This document shows, piece after piece, positions 63,584 through 64,000 of a stretch of DNA of 64,000 nucleotides. The notes beneath the pieces are model-generated. The model made no database searches, was not told the DNA's origin, and saw only the letters and a list, made by a program, of their open reading frames with translations. The stretch lies in assembly GCA_963831745.1 (NCBI GenBank), contig CAWHRD010000008.1:73816-137815 (forward strand), in the 5' to 3' direction. Both the position numbers and the translations under genes were made by a program. Numbering within the stretch: the first letter of the stretch is position 1; each line of letters opens with the position of its first letter. Origin of the DNA: an uncultured Chloroflexia bacterium. Its GTDB lineage: Bacteria > Chloroflexota > Limnocylindria > Limnocylindrales > CSP1-4.

Positions 63584-64000
63584 TTACCGGACCGCGAACG
63601 AGCGCTTCGCCAGGCCCATCCAGTAGCCGTCGATCCGGAAGTCGGGCGCCTCGTCGGCAACCGTCGCGGCGCCCAGGGTGACGAAGAGCGGCGCGAGGTG
63701 CTCCAGGGTCGGATGCGCGTACGGCATCCCCGGGGCGCGGTTCCGGAAGTCGAAGAGGGCATCGACGTCGCCCGCCGCCAGGGCCTCGGTGGCCCAGCGA
63801 TCGAAGTCGATCGACCACGCCGGGGCGCCCGGCCGCCCGCCCATGTACTCGCGAACGTACGGGAGCCCGTGCGTCAGGAAGCCGCTGCCCACCACCAGGA
63901 CTCCCTCGTCGCGGAGCGGCGCGAGGCGCCGCCCGATGCGGAAAAGGTGCTCGGGGTCGAGGTCCGGCATCGACATCTGGAGCACCGGGACGTCGGCCTC
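63584..64000 (-). CDS. class III extradiol dioxygenase (LigB / 4,5-DOPA dioxygenase-like), 5' end outside window
   Basis: VVGSGFLTHGL, FDFRNRAPGMPYAHPTLEHLAPLFV. The ORF runs off the window end. Confidence 0.75.
   Translation of the reverse strand, partial: EADVPVLQMSMPDLDPEHLFRIGRRLAPLRDEGVLVVGSGFLTHGLPYVREYMGGRPGAPAWSIDFDRWATEALAAGDVDALFDFRNRAPGMPYAHPTLEHLAPLFVTLGAATVADEAPDFRIDGYWMGLAKRSFAVR

Overview
High-GC, densely coded chromosomal segment that looks actinobacterial (GC judged by eye, not computed). Neighbouring genes very often share ATGA or GTGA start/stop overlaps, and the six-frame track is full of long Arg/Pro/Gly-rich antisense ORFs that are composition artefacts. The centrepiece is an ~8 kb bacterial microcompartment (BMC) operon at ~19.47-27.47 kb. 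It runs: SorC/DeoR-type regulator, RpiB with an N-terminal targeting-peptide-like extension, a 49-aa ORF made only of a targeting-like helix plus Pro/Ala linker, two tandem DeoC aldolases, BMC-T, BMC-H, BMC-P, an acylating aldehyde dehydrogenase with a targeting helix, BMC-T, BMC-P, BMC-P, an HExxH protein, then twin hairpins. This fits the sugar-phosphate/deoxyribose (SPU-like) metabolosome class, which to my knowledge is known only from comparative genomics. A cdd-punA-deoA nucleoside catabolism operon lies 2 kb downstream. Three genes (nucleoside phosphorylase, SorC regulator, RpiB) carry +1 frame breaks, which are either assembly indels or real decay. Other notable content: a heme-copper oxidase operon whose subunit II is fused to an amicyanin-like cupredoxin, with a ~305-bp near-identical copy of that domain in a second gene 3.7 kb away and an apparently split subunit IV. 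There is also a 208-bp MITE-like element in two inverted copies sharing a recurring CGATCCTGTCA motif, and many 15-36 bp GC-rich tandem repeats both between and inside genes. An initiator-type tRNA-Met is present. The remaining genes include a cyclase-STAND protein, transporters, peptidases, proC, proline dehydrogenase and ferredoxin. No rRNA, CRISPR array or recognisable transposase/integrase was seen.
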